Shown piece after piece: positions 1 to 13,589 of a stretch of DNA of 64,000 bases. The notes beneath the pieces were generated by a model. The model was not told where the DNA came from and searched no databases. It saw only the letters and a program-made list of their open reading frames with translations. Source of the stretch: the human T2T-CHM13v2.0 reference genome, Homo sapiens; NCBI RefSeq assembly GCF_009914755.1, contig NC_060932.1; one strand, 5' to 3'. The number at the start of each line of letters is the position of its first letter. Position 1 is the first letter of the stretch. A program made the position numbers and the translations under genes.

Positions 1-934
1 TTTGCCTCTAATTCGAAAACAGGACTACTAAACAACTATTGAAAATAGTGTATCATCTGTTTTGAGATTTACACCATCCATCTATTAGTTCTTAAAAGCT
101 GTGATCTGAACTGAAAATACTCTGAGTCTTTGGTGTTAGGTGTCATTTGTTTGATTTCAGCTAGTCTTCAAATTATAGTCCTAAGTATTTTAGCTCTATC
201 TAATTACACTTCAAGTACAAAAGGAAACTATTCAGTTCTCTAAGTTACAAAAAAGATTTCAAGAAATTTCTACCTAATAAAGTAACCATTACTAAGGCAC
301 AATATAAAAAGGAAAACTTTATAGCAAAGGGACACCAGCAAAGAAATATTGACACAATAACATATTGGATATTTGCTTTTTGAGTGTCAACTGTTGCTCA
401 ATGCAATTCTACCTAATAATGATTTTTAAGGTTACATCAAATGTTACAATCATGAAACCACTTCAGTCACTCACGTTTAACTTTTTTTCCAAATGCTTTT
501 CCACAGAGTCATTTATTAGGATAATCATGTTAAAAATAACACTAACAACAATTTCAGCTGAATGCATACTTTTCACCTTAATCCTTATGTATATTCTTGA
601 GGTAGTCTTTATTATTACTGTTTACACATAACGTTGAAACAGTCATATACCTAATGTGACAGAACCAAGAATTGACAACAAATCTATCTCCATACCTGTG
701 CCAATTGTCATCAGAGGAAATTAATATACTAATAATTTTCTAGAAAATGTTTTACTTATTATTTTATGCCTTTTATGACTTTATTTCCTCCAAATTAAAT
801 GGCATATTTTTTGGCAAACAATCTTATAAGTTAAAGTCATTTATTTTCTTCATTTTTTTCCCTAAAAATTAAAAAAGAAAGCAACATTGTAGATCTTTCA
901 CTACCTGATTTCAATACTCACTATAGACACAGTC

Positions 935-1358
935 TGTCTTAGTTCATTGGTGTTGCTATAAAGAAATACCTGAGTCTGGGTAATTTATATTTAAAAAAAA
1001 AGGTTTACTTGGCTCATAGTCCTGCAAGTTATATAAGAATCATTACACAAGCAACTATTTCTGGTGAGGAGTTCAGGAAGTTTCCACTCATTGTGGAAGG
1101 AGAAAGAGAGCAGGCGTTATATGGCAAGAGAGGAAGAAAGAGGGAGGGAAAGGAAGTGCCAGTCTCTTTATAACAATCAGTTCCCACAGGAACTGACAGA
1201 ATGGAAACTCACTTGTTACCAGGAGGAAGAGAAAGGCACCAAGCCATTCATGAAGGATCCACCTTCAAACCCAAATACCTCCCACTAAGCCCAACCTGTA
1301 ATATTAACAATGAATTTTCACATGAGATTTGGAGGAGGCAAATATCCAAACTATATCA
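935..1358 (-). mobile_element. MaLR solo LTR, MSTB-like
   Basis: Starts 'tgtcttagttcattggtgttgctataaagaaatacctgag' and ends 'tccaaactatatca', the reverse complement of MST termini. 5-bp TSD cagtc (930-934) / ctgtc (1359-1363). Confidence 0.88.
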
Positions 1359-1420
1359 CTGTCTGAAAACCAAACCAAACCAAACCAAACAAAAACAAAA
1401 CCAAAACAAAATACAACAAT

Positions 1421-1472
1421 TCCAGGAGTTTGACGCCATCCTGGGCAAAATAGTGAGACCCTATCTAAAAAA
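1421..1472 (+). mobile_element. Alu left-monomer/FLAM fragment following an (AAAAC)n tract
   Basis: 'ccaggagtttgacgccatcctgggcaaaatagtgagaccctatctaaaaaa'; (caaa/caaaa)n at 1364-1410. Confidence 0.7.
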
Positions 1473-3498
1473 TATGTGTGTAAAAATAAAAAAAAGAATA
1501 GACACATAAACTAAGTTGTATATAAAAAGTATAATAAAGAACTTAGAAACAGACATACACAAATAAGTCAACTGTTTTATACAAATGCAAAGAGGCAATT
1601 CAGTGGAGAAATAATAGCATATTCAAAAATGATGCTGAAATAATTAGACAGCCCTATGCAAAATGGTGGTACTAGATAGACTTTACCATTTAGAAGAAAT
1701 TAGCTCAAAATGGAACATAGATCTAAACATAAACAGTAAAACTGTAAACTTCTAGGACCTAACATAGAAAAATATCTATATACCTTGGGTATGGTAATAA
1801 ATCTGAATTACAACACCAAAAGCATAATTCATGAAAAAAAAGATAAGTTAGAATTCATTAAAATTATACTTGTGCTCAATGAGAAACACTGTAAAGAGAA
1901 TGAAAAAAGTCAGAAATTGGGAGAAGATATTTGCAAAATACATATTTGATAAAGAACTTGTATCCAAAATATACAAAAAATTATTTAAACTCATCAATAA
2001 AACAACAAACTAACTTAAAAATGGACTATCATCTGGCCAAATACCTCACCAAAGAAGCTTTACATATGGCAAATAAACATACAAAAGGATGCTCAACCTC
2101 TGTTGTCATGAGGGAAATGCATATTAAAACGTGAATGAGGTATCAATACACAATTATTTCAATGACCAAAATCTTGCAAACTAGCAATACCAAATGCTGA
2201 CAAGAATAAAGAGCAACAGGGAATTCTCCTATGTGGTGCAGCCACTTTGGAAAATAATTTATCAGTTTCTTACACAGCTGAATATCATCTTACCATAAGA
2301 TCCAGCAACTGTGTTCTTCAGTATTTAGCCAACTTTTAAAACCATACGTGCATACAAAATCATGCGCATGACTATTTATAGTGGTTTTATTTAAAATCTA
2401 ACCCAAACTGAAAGCAAGCAGTGTCTCCAATAAGCCTATCAATAAGCGAATACGTGTACAAACACTGGTTCATTTGTACAATAGGGTATATCCAAGGATA
2501 GAAAGGAATGTGCTGTCAACCCATACAGAGATGAATCCTAAGTGTATATATGTAAGTGACAGAAACTCTGAAAAGGCTATATTCTATAATATGCCATTTA
2601 CATGACATTCTGGAAAAGAAAAACTACAGAGACAGAAGTCAATGGTTACTAGAGTTTGAGAAGAGGGATGAATAAATAAAACACAGAGAATGTCATGGCA
2701 TTATGCAACTATTTCTTGTGATGCTGTAATAGTAGAAAATGACACTATACATTTATTAATACCAATTGAAAGTTATGACAAAATAGTGAATTACAGCACA
2801 AATAGTAAAACCTAACATATGAAGATTTTTTAAAAAGTTAGGAAGTTGGAACTTCCCAGGATGGAATGTAAAATGTGACAAAATAATTTAACTGTTTTAC
2901 AAGTGTAGCAAACAACTTCACTGAAGCATGGTATGGGGAGATGTTAACCTGAGCAACTTTGATGAGTGGCATATGAAAAAATACAGGTGAAAGGAACTAT
3001 TCATAAGCACTATACTCTATTCTATAAAGTTGTGTCTTATACGGGAATGAGTTAACAATTCTAGAGCCAATATATAAGAATGCAAAAAGTGAACAATTAA
3101 GTAAATGGATAGCAGATGGCAGAAACCGGGTTTCTTAGTTTGAATGTTAGATTACAGATCAGCAATGAGAGGAGACTGGGATGATGTATGTGGTAATGAA
3201 TTAGCTCAATAATGATACAGTGGTTTCATGCAGGAAAACGTATAGATTTGTATCCAAATAGAGGTTGATATACACACACAGATAAATTTTTGCTTTGCCA
3301 GCTAACAGGCCTAGGAACAACCAACAACAATCAATAAACAACAATCAATAAACAACAATAAATGAACAAAAAAGGAAATAAAATGCAAAGTACTTGCGAA
3401 GGAACCAAACTCATGCCACATCCAGAATTATTATGTGTACCATTAAATTTAGAAGACAAGAGAGCAATCCATATTTACATCTTTAGGAAAAAAAAAAG

Positions 3499-5428
3499 TC
3501 AGCTTTTATATTGGATACAGGGAGTACACATGTAGGATTGTTACATGGGTATATTCGACCCAAGTGGTGAGCACTGTACCTAATAAGTAGTTTTTGAAAC
3601 CAAGTCCCCCTCCCTCCCTTCCCTAGTAGTCTGCAGTGACTATCATTCCCATGTTTATGTTCATATGTGCTCAATATTTAGCTTCTGCTTATAAATGAGA
3701 ACATAAGGTATTTCATTTTCCATTCCTGTGTTAATTCACTTAGGATGATGGCCTCCAGCTTCATCCATGTTGCTGCAAAGGACATGATTTTATACTTTTT
3801 ATGGTTGTGTAGTATTCCATGGTGTGCATGTACACATTTTTCTTTATTTAATCCACCATTGATGGACACCTAATTTGATTCCATGCCTTTACTATTGAGA
3901 ATAGCATGGTGATGAACATATGAGTGCATATGTCTTTTTGGTGTAATGAACTATATTTCTTTGGCTAAATATCCAGTAATGGGGTTGCTAAGTCTAATGG
4001 TAGCCCTGTTTTAATTTATTTGAGAAATTTCCAAATAGCTTTCCACAGTGGCTGAACTAATTTACATTCCCACCAGCAGTGTATCAGCATTCCCTTTTCT
4101 CTGCAGCCTTGCCAGCATATGTTGTTTTTCGACTTTTTAATAATAGCTATTCTGACTGGTGTGAGATGATATTTCATTATGCTTTTGATTTGCATTTCTC
4201 CAGTGATTAGTGATGTTGAACATTTCATAATGTTATGTCTTATGTCTTCTTTTGAGAAGTATCTGTTTATGTCTTTTGCCCACTTTTTAATAGTGTTACT
4301 TGGTTTTCTCTTGTTAAGTTCCTTGTAGAGTCTGGATATTCCTTGAAGACTCTGTATATTAGACCTTTGTAAGATGCATAGATTGCAAATATATTCTACT
4401 ATTCTGTAAGGTTGTCAGTTTACTCTGTTGACGGTTTCTTTTTCTATGCAGAAGCTCTTTAGTTCAATTAGGTCCTGGTTTTCAATTTTTTTTTCATAAT
4501 TGCTTTTAGGGACTTGACCATAATTTTTTTGCCAAGGCCGACTTTACTAAAACTTTTCCAAAAAAAAATCAAGGATAAGGGACTCCTCTCTAACTCATTC
4601 TGTGAAGCCAGCATAATCCCAATACCAAAATCCAGAAGAGACACGACAAATGATAAACAATTTTAGCAAGATTTCAGAATACAAAAATCAGTGTTCAAAA
4701 GTTAGTAGCATTTCTACACACCAATAATGTCCAAGCTGAGCATCAAATCAAGAGCACAAACCCATTTACAATGGCCACAAGGAAAATGAAATAACTAGGA
4801 ATATAGCTAACCTAGGAGGTGAAAGATCTCTACAAGGAGAACTACAAAACACTGCTGAAAATATCAGAGATGACAAAAATAAATGGACAAACCACTTATG
4901 CTTGTGGATTGGAAGAATCAATATCATTAAAATGGTCATACTGTCATTTTAGCAATCTACAGATACAGCACTATCTCAATCAAGCTACCAATGTCATTTT
5001 TTACAGAATTAGAAAAGAAACAATTCTAAAATTCATATGGAAGTAACAAAGAGCCCAAATATTCAAAGCAAACCTAAGCAAAAAGAACAAAGCTGGAGGC
5101 ATCATACTATCCAACTTCAAACTATGCTATGAGGCTACAGTAATAAAACAGCATAGTACTGGTACAAAAACAGACACATAGACCAATGGAACAGAATAGA
5201 AAACTCAGAAATAGAGCCACACACCTACAACCATCTGATCTTCAACAAGGTTGACGAAACAACCCTATTCAATAAATGGTGCTGGGATACCTGGCTAGGC
5301 ATAATACAGAAGATTGAAACTAGACTCTCACTTTTCACCATATACAAAAATTAATTCAAGATGGATTAAATGTAAGACCTCAAACCATAAAAATCTGAGA
5401 TGAAAACCTGGGAAGAATATTTTGGCCA
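3499..5428 (-). mobile_element. L1PA15/16-like element with inverted 5' segment (3' part 3499-4542 on minus; inverted part 4544-5428 on plus)
   Basis: Minus-strand L1PA 3'UTR from 3499 and ORF2 C-terminal peptides ([26 protein letters not shown]). Plus-strand ORF2 peptide MKDLYKENYKTLLK at 4819. Confidence 0.9.
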
Positions 5429-6029
5429 AAGTTGTTTAAATCTAGCAATACAGCGTTCTGTGAGGCTCAGCATGTGCCTTTCATTTCCAGGACTAAGCAA
5501 ATGTTCCATTTCTAATTTTTCAGGCATCAGAAGCATATATCACTTCTTTCCACATCTCTCTGGTCAAAATCATCTTTTCCCAAATTTAGGTTTTTATATT
5601 TTTCAAATACAATGTATTAGAACTTGTAGAAAAAATTAATTTAAGAAAAATATACTCACTAAAGCTCTATTAGGTGTGTATGTGTAGAATTACAAATGAT
5701 GTCAGGGAATGTAGCTCTTCTATGGCCCTATAACCTGCATTGCACACTTTAGTGCCAGGTAGTAATCAGTGTTTATATATTTTTTGTTTTGTATGTGCAA
5801 AAAATAATGTTTATTATAATAAATTGAGTAATTGTTGGGAGAAAAGAAACATAATGGGCAAACTTCAAAACATCATAAATAATCCATTAAAATTATTTTT
5901 ATCCTATGTGTTTATAGCCAATAAGCTTCATCATAGTAAAGTTAAAACAAGAAGAATTGTTCAGTGAATTAACCATAGTATCAACCATACTTTGTCAATT
6001 TTAGTCTCATTGACTTTTTATAGTATTTG

Positions 6030-7100
6030 AACACACTGACTGTGCATCTACATTTTGTCAGACACTGTGTACAGCAAGTATTTAAATAAAAAGTATATGA
6101 AACTGTCTCTTTCTTCACAGGCTCTCAGAGGTAATAAACATAATTGACAATAATTAAAATACAATATGTGAAGTAACATGTTATAAATAAGTTCAGATTT
6201 TATGAGGGTAAAGGAAATCACTACTGTGAAATCTACCAATAAAATGCATTCAGATAGAATAGAAGCCTTCTTGGCTCCTGTTCTTTATAGCAAGCTCATT
6301 CAGACAATTCTTCTGATGACATTATGGCAGAGTTTTACCAGGAAATTTGTTGTTTTATCAAATCAGGGAGTTGTATCAGTAGGTATCACACTTTGGCCTA
6401 TGTCTTACATGATGAATAGGGCTTCAACAAGTGGAAGCAGGTGAAAGGGCACTTAAATATGAGCAAAATAAAAGAGGCAAGAAAAATAATTGTGTGTTCA
6501 TCAGCTAGCATGTGGTTTTATCTGTGCAAAGCATAGCTTTGGTTACGGAAAGAACAGGACGTTAAGGCTGTATATAGATAGAGCCAGATTGTGAATGGCC
6601 TTATTTGCTGTAATGAGTTTGCTTGCCACTGTGAAGCTACTGAAGAGTTTTTACAAAAATAGACACATATTGAGGAAAGAGTCAGTATAGAAAATGGAAT
6701 GATTGCAAGTAGGGAAATATGCTCCTCTACCACTATTTTAGTAGTCCATGGAAGATAATGAAGAACTAAAATGACAGTGAAAATGAATAAGAGGTCAGGA
6801 TGTTGAGAGACACTGGAAATATAATGAAATATTATGAAAAGACTGGATCTGGATTAAATATTGACTGCTGTGGAGGTAAAAGTACCTTAAAATATGGTAG
6901 AAAATACAGGAGAACAAATACTTTCATGGTACATGATAATCAAAAGGCATTTGAGAGAAGTTAACATGAGTTGGAAGATAAGTACTAAGTTTTTAGAAAC
7001 ATGATTTAGAACTGCTGATCTACATATTTGAATATCCAACATAAAGTGAGTAGTTGAAACCAAGTCATAAGAGTATCAGATATCATCCAGGAAAATAATA
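6030..7100 (-). mobile_element. L2 fragments
   Basis: Diverged L2-like blocks, e.g. 'gagccagattgtgaatggcctt' and 'gaagctactgaagagttttta'; purine-rich plus strand. Boundaries approximate. Confidence 0.5.
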
Positions 7101-7699
7101 CTTTTTTGAAAAGTAGACAAAACTTCAGGAAATACATCATTTTTGTCATAATTTGTTTCTTCTAAGAATAATTTCCTATATGTAATTTAATAAGGCTTTG
7201 CTCTTAATAATCTTAACTACTATATAGTTGCTGTATGTTCACCATTTTAATTGCAATACAGAAGCTTGCAGTTTTCCAATGCATCTGTTTTCAGAAAGAG
7301 CAATCAATGAGAAATGAATTTCTTTCAGTTACCACTTAAGTAATATTTGGGTGGTAATGTTTGTTTATATCAAACTACGTTTGCCAGCTCTTTGGCCCTT
7401 CAGTCACTAAACTTAAAAGGAGAGGGAGAATTAGACTGACACAGCCCCTTTCAAATTTAAAACAAAGCACTTATCAAAATATTGACTTTGGCTTTATATT
7501 CATCTTCACATTTGATAATGTCATAAAAGCTCACAGATGATATTTACTTTCCTTTTAAAGAATGTAACTTACACCTACTGTTTTTCAAGTGTAAATTTTA
7601 AGAATAATTGAAATGGTTAAGCATTAATTCTCTGGTAAGGGAAAACCTAACTTAATTATATTATAGATATAGAATTTTATTTTCCTGATATAATAAGTC

Positions 7700-8070
7700 T
7701 TACAGTAGATTCTGCTTATGTTGGTTTCATGGTTCAACCACCTTTAAGTTCATGTCTATGATTCTTCTGTTAATATTTCTCACAAGGTTGCTGGATGGCT
7801 ACTATGGCTATACTCACTTGTTCACTTTAAAGAAAGCATGATGGAAGAACTGAGAAAGTTTGCTTCGGTAAACTTTGTCTCTTTTTATAATAATATTATT
7901 TTTTAAATTTAATTTTAATTAGCCAACTTCTGTTCACTTCTCATTGATTGGTTTCCATGCAAGTAAAGGAAACTGAGAAAGTGGCCTTTTGGTTTTTCAG
8001 TTTGCATGGCAGGCGAAAGCTAGAAAAAGGATTGGGAAAGATTTTGTGTGAAAATTAAGTGTCTTCAACA
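7700..8070 (-). mobile_element. Possible ancient MLT1/LTR33-type LTR remnant
   Basis: Motifs 'aacttctgttcacttctcattgatt' and 'aaaggaaactgagaaagtggcc' resemble old MaLR/ERVL LTRs; highly diverged. Confidence 0.35.
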
Positions 8071-8367
8071 GCAATATGAAACATGCAAATTTTCTATTAA
8101 ATCGAAACTGTAACTTGAAATTTTGTTCCAAGTAAGTTTACAAATTTTACTTATACTAGTACATACATAAGATAAATTATATAAATATTATTATGATATA
8201 TTAATTACTAAAGTTTCTTTTATAGTATTCCTTCTTTAGCTTTTTGGATATAAAAATATTTTACTTACTTTTAAACTATCACCCTCATCCTCTATGCTTA
8301 TTTTTATTTCTCATGCATATTTAATCTTGAACAGTCAACAACATAGTGATACTTCATTTGAAATATT

Positions 8368-8590
8368 GCATTGTACAGTGGAAAGCACATTGGGGAAGAA
8401 ATCGGAAAATCTGTATGTGAATTCTCAACTGTTTGCTTACTAGATGTATAAACCTTAGCAAGTTAATAAAGCTTTCTGTAATCATTTATAATAGTAGGAT
8501 ATTAATGTCTCTGCCTAATTCAAACTTGCTGTAAAATTAGAGATAATGCATGTGAAACTAAGATGTAAGGAGGTAAACAATGCTTGATAC
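8368..8590 (+). mobile_element. MIR
   Basis: 'gcattgtacagtggaaagcaca...accttagcaagtta...gagataatgcatgtgaaac' follows MIR consensus order. Confidence 0.7.
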
Positions 8591-9952
8591 TGATATTTGG
8601 GGAGAAGAGAATGTCTTTAATATTTTAAAGTTATTAATAAAAGTACACTAATTCTTTGGAGGACAGACTATTCTTCTATAGCAGAGTTACATTACTTTAA
8701 GATAAAGCATCTTCCAATATTACTAGTTAGCACACATCTACTGGCACTAACAATCACAGTCACCCAAACAGATTCAGAATGAATGTAAAAACTGATGGTA
8801 GGAATAGTAGAAATAAAATCCCCAACATGGTCCAGAAACAACAGCACTTCCAGAGTAATCCTGTAATTTTTATGCTAATAGTATATTATGCTAACTCTTG
8901 GGTTCTAAGAAAATTTAGGCTACAGAGAGTTACATTAAAATCTGACTTAGCTTACTATACATTTTGCCTAGGATTGTCACAATTTTTAGTTTATCTTATC
9001 AGAATCAAAGTAGACTGTTAAATAAAAAAAATTTTAATCTTGTGAATTTTAATAAAATTTTTGTTGAACTTTTTGACATTATAAAAGGACAGGATGTGCT
9101 TTTAAAACATAAGCTACTTTTAAAAGACGATTTCCATTCTTACTGTATTGCAAACTCGTTAGACTCTGTAAACAAAAGTGCCCTAGTACTACAAGGTTCA
9201 TTTATGACAAGCTCATAATAAGAATAACATGTAATCTATGAAAGCTCAGATGGAACAATCTAAGACTTTTGTTCAACTACTGTGTCAGGAAATTTCTTCT
9301 CAAACCATTGAATTTTAGTTTAACATATACCTTTTTGCTTTATTAATATACCTTTGAGCAAGTAAGATAATTATATATGTAGGAGTCTTTACAATAAAGA
9401 GAAAAACAGACAGTATTGCTAAGTAATAAAATATCTATGACTTAGCCAGTATGTAAAGGTTCCATTTAAAAAATAGTATTGTTCTGCTCTTTTAAAGCAA
9501 AAATCACCTTTAAATCCCTTAGGAAGACATCAAGCTGGAAATCCACATATCATCTCTCAATAAGTCCAAAAATAGCAACTTTTCCTTCAACAGGAAAATG
9601 GATCAATACTTCTTTGTAACAGCACATGGTACGCAATTGGCTTACATTAGGGCTATGTTATGTAAAAAAATAAATACTGTACCTTTAAGTACCAGAACCA
9701 CATTCAGGTGAAGGGAAGCTCAGAAAAGAGAGGCACCTGCTGCTGCTATTTAAGTGCGTTTCTCTGAAAAGGTGAGATCACTTTTGGCCTTTTTGCTTTA
9801 TGTTTTAGCAGTAGGATAAAATTCTAATCCCAATTGATCCCTTTAGAAAGAGAAGATTTATATAACAAAGAAAGTCAAATGCTTGAAAATTACCTAAGAG
9901 ATGTAATGGTGCAAATGTATCAACATTGCCAGAAGACAAAATTTGAAAATAG

Positions 9953-10526
<574 letters not shown>

Positions 10527-10974
10527 TTAGTACGCATCTATATATCACTTGATGGAAATTTACTTATTAAAATTCGATGTGGTATATATAGATAGATATC
10601 CAGGTAACGAACACACCTCATAAGCTCTTGGAATCACACCATTAATAGTTTTTCCCCCCAAAAGGAGAAACTAATATAAAGTACTGGATTTTCATTCATA
10701 CCGTGCCCGGAATTGGTTGGTTCTTGGTCTCACTGACTTCGGGAATGAAGCCGCGGGCCCTCTCTGTGAGTGTTACAGTTCTTAAAGGCGGCGTGCGGGA
10801 GTTTGTTCCTTCCAGTGGGCTCGTGGTCTCGCTGGCTCAGGAGTGAAGTTGCAGACCTTCCCGGTGAGTGTTACAGCTCATGAAGGCAGTGTGGACCCAA
10901 AGAGTAAGCAGTAGCAAGATTTATTGCAAAGAGCAAAAGAACAAAGCTTCCATAGTGTGGCAGGGGACCCGAGC

Positions 10975-11340
10975 AGGTTGCCACTGCTAGCTGGGGCAGC
11001 CTGCTTTTATTCTCTTATCCGGCCTCACCCACATCCTGCTGATTGGTAGAGCCCAGTGGTCTGTTTTGATAGGGCGCTGATTGGTGTGTTTACAATCCCT
11101 GAGCCAGACACAAAGGTTCTCCACGTCCCTACCAGATTAGCTAGATACGGAGTGTGGACACAAAGGTTCTCCAAGGCCCCACCAGAGTAGCTAGATAGAG
11201 TGTCTATTGGTGCATTCACAAACCCTGAGCTAGACACAGGGTGCTGATTGGTGTGTTTACAAACCTTGAGCTAGATACAGAGTGCCAGTTGGTGTATTTA
11301 CAATCCCTGAGCTAGACATAAAGGTTCTCCACGTCCCCAT
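10975..11340 (-). promoter_or_regulatory. LTR12C U3 enhancer/promoter: CCAAT (NF-Y) and GATA repeats with an AATAAAA TATA-like box
   Basis: Several 'attgg' (CCAAT on minus) at ~11042, 11080, 11206 and 11247; repeated 'gctagata'; 'cttttatt' at ~11004-11011; poly(A) signal 'tttatt' at 10920-10925. Activity is known for the family, not shown for this copy. Confidence 0.65.
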
Positions 11341-11379
11341 CAGACTCAGGAGCCCAGCTGGCTTCACCCAGTGGATCTC

Positions 11380-11985
11380 GCACTGGGGCTGCAGGTGGAG
11401 TTGCCTGCCAGTCCCACGCCGTGCGCCCGCACTCCTCAGCCCTTGGGTGGTCTACAGGACTGGGCGCCGAGGAGCAGGGGGCGGCGCTCATCGGGGAGGC
11501 TCCGGCCGCACAGGAGCCCACAGTGGGGGTGGGAGGCTCGGGCATGGCGGGCTGCAGGTCCGGAGCCCTGCCCCGCGGGAAGGCAGCTAAGGCTCGGCGA
11601 GAAATTGAGCGCAGCGCCGGTGGGCTGGCACTGCTGGGGGACCCAGTACACCCTCCGCAGCCGCTGGCCTGGGTGCTAAGCCCCTCACTGCCCGGGGCTG
11701 GCAGAGCCGGCCGGCCGCTCGGAGTGCGGGGGCCACCACAACCACGCCCACCCGGAACTCCAGCTAGCCCGCAAGCGCCGTACGCAGCCCCGGTTCCCGC
11801 TCGCGCCTCTCCCTCCACATCTCCCTGCAAGCTGAGGGAGCCGGCTCCTGCCTTGGCCAGCCCAGAAAGCGGCTCCCATAGTGCAGTGGTGAGCTGAAGG
11901 GCTCCTCAAGTGCCGCCAAAGTGGGAGGCCAGGCAGAGGAGGCGCCGAGAGCAAGCGAAGGCTGTGAGGACTGCCAGCACGCTGT
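11380..11985. other. CpG-island-like GC-rich segment within LTR12C
   Basis: Dense CpGs and high GC against an AT-rich, CpG-poor background. Confidence 0.85.
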
Positions 11986-12437
11986 CACCTCTCAATACTA
12001 CAGACAGGTATGTAAAATTTACTTCAGGAACTTTGATTTTAGATGTGCAATGAGAATAGTGTGCCTGTTTCCCTGGTGTCAGAGGCTGTAGCTCAAAGTA
12101 ATATTAATCAATGTAACATGTATTTGAAGTCTGACTTTAACATTAATGTAATTTCCTTAAATAATATATCTGGATAATTACATATTAACATATTTTCCTA
12201 AACTTTCAGGAAAATTTATACTCCTGGAAAGGGGGGCATGTAGTTATCTGTTCTAGGGGCACACATTTTCAAAATGCGTAAATCCAAATGCACATTGAAT
12301 CTGAAAGGCCAATCTTTTCTAAGAAAGGGCCATAGTGAATAATGGAAAAAGATGGAAAGTTCATGTAAAAGCCTCTTAAAAATTGTACTTTTTGCAATGA
12401 TTCAAAGATGTCTTTTAAAAAGAGGAAAGTAAGAATA

Positions 12438-12714
12438 CTTTTTCTTAGGGTCTCTTATTCCTAGACTGGAGTATAGTGGTGCAATCACAGCTGACTGAAG
12501 CCTCGACTTTCCATCCTCAAATGATCCATTCCCTCACCTCAGCCTCTCGAGTAGTTAAGACTACAGGTGTGCACCACCACATCTGGATAATTTTTGTAGA
12601 GACAGGTTTTCACCATGTTGTCCAGGATGGTCTCTAACTCCTGAGCTCAAGCAATCCACCAGACTAGGTATCCCAAAGTACTAGGATTACAGGCGTGAGC
12701 CACTATGCTCAGCC
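12438..12714 (-). mobile_element. AluJ
   Basis: Diverged Alu with J-type diagnostics 'cacagctgactgaagcctcgac' and 'ctcctgagctcaagcaatcc'. Confidence 0.88.
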
Positions 12715-13589
12715 CAGACTATCATTTTTTAGAAAGTTATATATTTTGAAACTGCACATTATACCTATGTTAATAAAGTGATGTGACTCAAATGATTGGG
12801 TTCATGATAGAGATGAAGTGTGGTGAAGTGTAGAAATCCAGGAAGGGGTTTATTATAATGTTAGCTATTGTAATAGTTATGTATAATTAGGAGTCAGCTA
12901 TTGGGTTATACATTAGTTAAATATTACTGTTTTAAAGTAACCTTTCTGAGATTGCAGAATTTGGAGAGTAAGGATTATAATTTGTAGATTTTTCTCAAGA
13001 TTTTTGTTATATAGAAGAAAAATGTAAAAAATTTACTTTATCTGAACTATTATTTTTAGTAAGAAAATGAACAGTAGTTGAGAGAAGAAATGTATCACCT
13101 TAAACGTCAAGTAGACCTGACATAAGGGAACAGGGTATGTGAATAGTGATACCTTAACTGGAAAAGAAAAATAGCACTAGCTGTCTTTCTTGGAGACAAA
13201 GGGATATACAGTACAATACTTTATTTGTCTTAATCTTAGAAGGGGTGTCGCAATATGATTCAGATCTTTGAACTCCTGAAATCTTCACAAATGGGGGAAA
13301 CCACTTTGTGCAGACTTTATCCCCTCCATGTGAACATGGGTCTTACTATAACATCCATTGTAATTAGATGTTAACATGTAGTTAACTCATTCTGATTAAC
13401 ATGTTATCATTGCTATATCACCTGTGTGATGCTCTGTACAGTATCAATATGTTAAAGGTTCCCACAGAATATAATATGAAACAGTTGAAAAGTTGATGTA
13501 TCCCTTGGGCAAGAGAGTAACTGTGCATTGCTGTCCTACTATCTTTTCTATATATAAGTGATTTTTAATTTTTTTCTTGTCATGAGGAT

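Larger units (their letters stand above)
864..3320 (+). mobile_element. Old L1 (L1MD/L1MC-like): end of ORF2 plus long 3'UTR, interrupted by an MST LTR and an Alu fragment
   Basis: ORF2-like text 'ctacctgatttcaatactcactata' (901) resumes at ~1495. Decayed ORF2 C-terminal peptide at 1931-2134 (HMANKHTKGCSTSVVMREMHIKT). L1MD-type 3'UTR motifs at 2870-3310. Confidence 0.8.
10702..11994 (-). mobile_element. Solo LTR12C (ERV9/HERV9 LTR)
   Basis: Minus-strand start TGAGAGGTGACAGCGTGCTGGCAGTCC and end ...CCAATTCCGGGCACG. 4-bp TSD atac at 10698-10701 and 11995-11998. Tandem 'gctagata'/'gattggtg' enhancer repeats at 11040-11340. Confidence 0.96.

Noticed and set aside
3324-3362. 14-bp tandem repeat, plus other 10-20-bp duplications at ~4321, 15492, 21869, 38050 and 40815
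   Set aside because: Ordinary slippage duplications.
9700-9780. Possible small exon (ttcag|GTGAAGG...AAAG|gtgaga)
   Set aside because: Weak pyrimidine tract, no partner exons or homology; splice-like motifs arise often by chance.
11040-11340. Regularly spaced short repeats that superficially resemble a CRISPR array
   Set aside because: These are the known LTR12 U3 tandem enhancer repeats; the intervening sequences are related to each other, there are no cas genes, and the DNA is primate.
11025-11988. Overlapping 70-172 aa ORFs on both strands
   Set aside because: All lie inside GC-rich LTR12C, where stop codons are rare; no recognisable domain.
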